Below are positions 7,459 through 8,229 of a DNA stretch of 8,229 bases, piece by piece (the first letter of the stretch is position 1; each line of letters begins with the position of its first letter). The stretch comes from Naegleria gruberi (Eukaryota), in the NCBI GenBank assembly GCA_000004985.1, contig GG739078.1. One strand, given 5' to 3'. Both the position numbers and the translations under genes were made by a program. A model generated the notes under the pieces. That model was not told the origin of the DNA. It did no database searches and worked only from the letters and a program-made list of their open reading frames with translations.

Positions 7459-8229
7459 ATGCCACCAAAGAAGAGGAATATTAATTATGATGATGACGAT
7501 GCTGATGAAAACGATAATGCAGGAAATGAGAGTTTAATTGTTCGGGAGCGATTAAATTTTGCTAACCGAAGCAGTAATGGATCATCTTCGGGTGGTGGTA
7601 GTGTAGGATCATCGAATAGTACTAATCAGTGGTGTGCTTTTAATATTGGTGATAAATCGGAGAATGATATTGAACGTGTGATGATTGCCTACTTGGAAAA
7701 GTATCACTTGCAAGATATTAGAGATATTTTGTGTCCTCCTCTCACTCTAACAAATGATGATACAATTCACTATAGTGTATTTATTGATGTTTCACATTTC
7801 ATGTCTGCAAATATTGAAATTGGATCAATTTTATTATCATACCCAACAGAATTAATTCCTATTTTTGAGAGAGCACTGATTAAAACACAGCAACGTCACA
7901 TTGAAAAACAAGAAGTTATGAAGGAACAATTTAAATTGAAAACATTTGTGCATGTTAGACTTCATACGTTACCACAATGTTCCGAAGTAACAAAAACATC
8001 AGTGAGATCTGTTAGGAGTTGTGACGCTAATAGATTAATTTCTGTCAGTGGTACTGTCATTAAAACAGGGCCTATCAAAATGTTGGAGTATAAGAAGATT
8101 TATATTTGTAAAAAGTGTAAAAAGNNTCATTTGATATTGTTGCAGATAGAGAACAATTTAATAGTATAACGAAACCAACACAATGCCCAATTGAAGATTG
8201 TGGAGGAAAATCATTTTTCGAGAGAGGAG
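7459..8229 (+). CDS. MCM9: MCM8/9-clade replicative-helicase paralogue, most like MCM9; N-terminal domain, partial (continues past window end)
   Basis: ATG 7459 is the first in-frame ATG after the TAG at 7420-7422, in A-rich context aaaaaaaATGcc. The translation matches human MCM9 N-terminal blocks recalled from memory. ...YLEKYHLQDI..IL... matches YVSEYHKNDILLIL. NIEIGSILLSYPTELIPIFERAL matches [37 protein letters not shown] matches LHARISGLPVCPEL. LISVSGTVIKTGPIKMLEYKKIYICKKCKK matches [30 protein letters not shown]. After the NN at 8125-8126 the homology continues in the next frame: SFDIVADREQFNSITKPTQCPIEDCGGKSFF against [21 protein letters not shown], the C4 zinc-finger region. MCM8 also fits loosely (PTKCPVPVCRGRSFT), so the MCM8-versus-MCM9 assignment is tentative. 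An extra ~60-aa N-terminal extension holds an NLS-like PPKKRN, an acidic run DDDDADENDN and an S/G-rich segment. Confidence 0.7.
8125..8126. other. Two ambiguous bases (nn) that shift the MCM9-like reading frame
   Basis: The tracked ORF runs 7459..8169 and ends ...CKKCKKXHLILLQIENNLIV*. The conserved MCM zinc-finger residues continue from 8127 in the +2 frame through the window end. With nn taken as 0 (or 3) bases the alignment to MCM9 is gap-free: CKKCKK-SFDIVADREQF against [17 protein letters not shown]. Confidence 0.8.

Noticed and set aside
8117-8145. 29-nt GT...AG micro-intron as the explanation for the MCM9 frame break
   Set aside because: It restores frame but removes residues (SFDIVAD) that align to conserved MCM9 sequence (VFVIKAD). 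An nn miscall of 0 or 3 bases gives a gap-free alignment. 29 nt would also be unusually short for most metazoan introns.

Overview
This is a eukaryotic, AT-rich scaffold fragment, not a prokaryotic locus. Supporting signs: AATAAA motifs, a CCAAT box, A-rich start contexts, and two eukaryote-specific protein families. Bases 1236-6337 (62% of the window) are one 5102-nt run of N, i.e. an assembly gap. The three giant 'ORFs' in the track are artefacts of translating N as X. Real sequence remains only at 1-1235 and 6338-8229. Supported features: (1) A plus-strand CDS starts at 715 and encodes NHL-repeat (six-bladed beta-propeller type) protein sequence; the gap truncates it at 1235. (2) A plus-strand CDS starts at 7459. 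Its product aligns well with the N-terminal OB/zinc-finger domain of the MCM8/MCM9 helicase clade and is closest to MCM9. It runs off the window end, and two ambiguous bases at 8125-8126 break its frame. (3) A possible divergently oriented gene on the minus strand starts at 6459 and runs into the gap. (4) A possible 3'-terminal coding exon at 23-313, followed by AATAAA signals. The roughly 1-kb intergenic region between the divergent starts (6460-7458) holds structure that the genes do not explain. An exact 13-nt motif, containing TTAA, lies in inverted orientation at both edges, so it reads in sense orientation upstream of each gene. Inside it, a diverged ~185-bp tandem duplication is anchored by two exact 12-13-mers at identical spacing. 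I see no CRISPR, rRNA or tRNA, and no evidence of a defence or secretion 'system'. The biology here is ordinary eukaryotic genes plus a possibly transposon-derived or bidirectional-promoter architecture.
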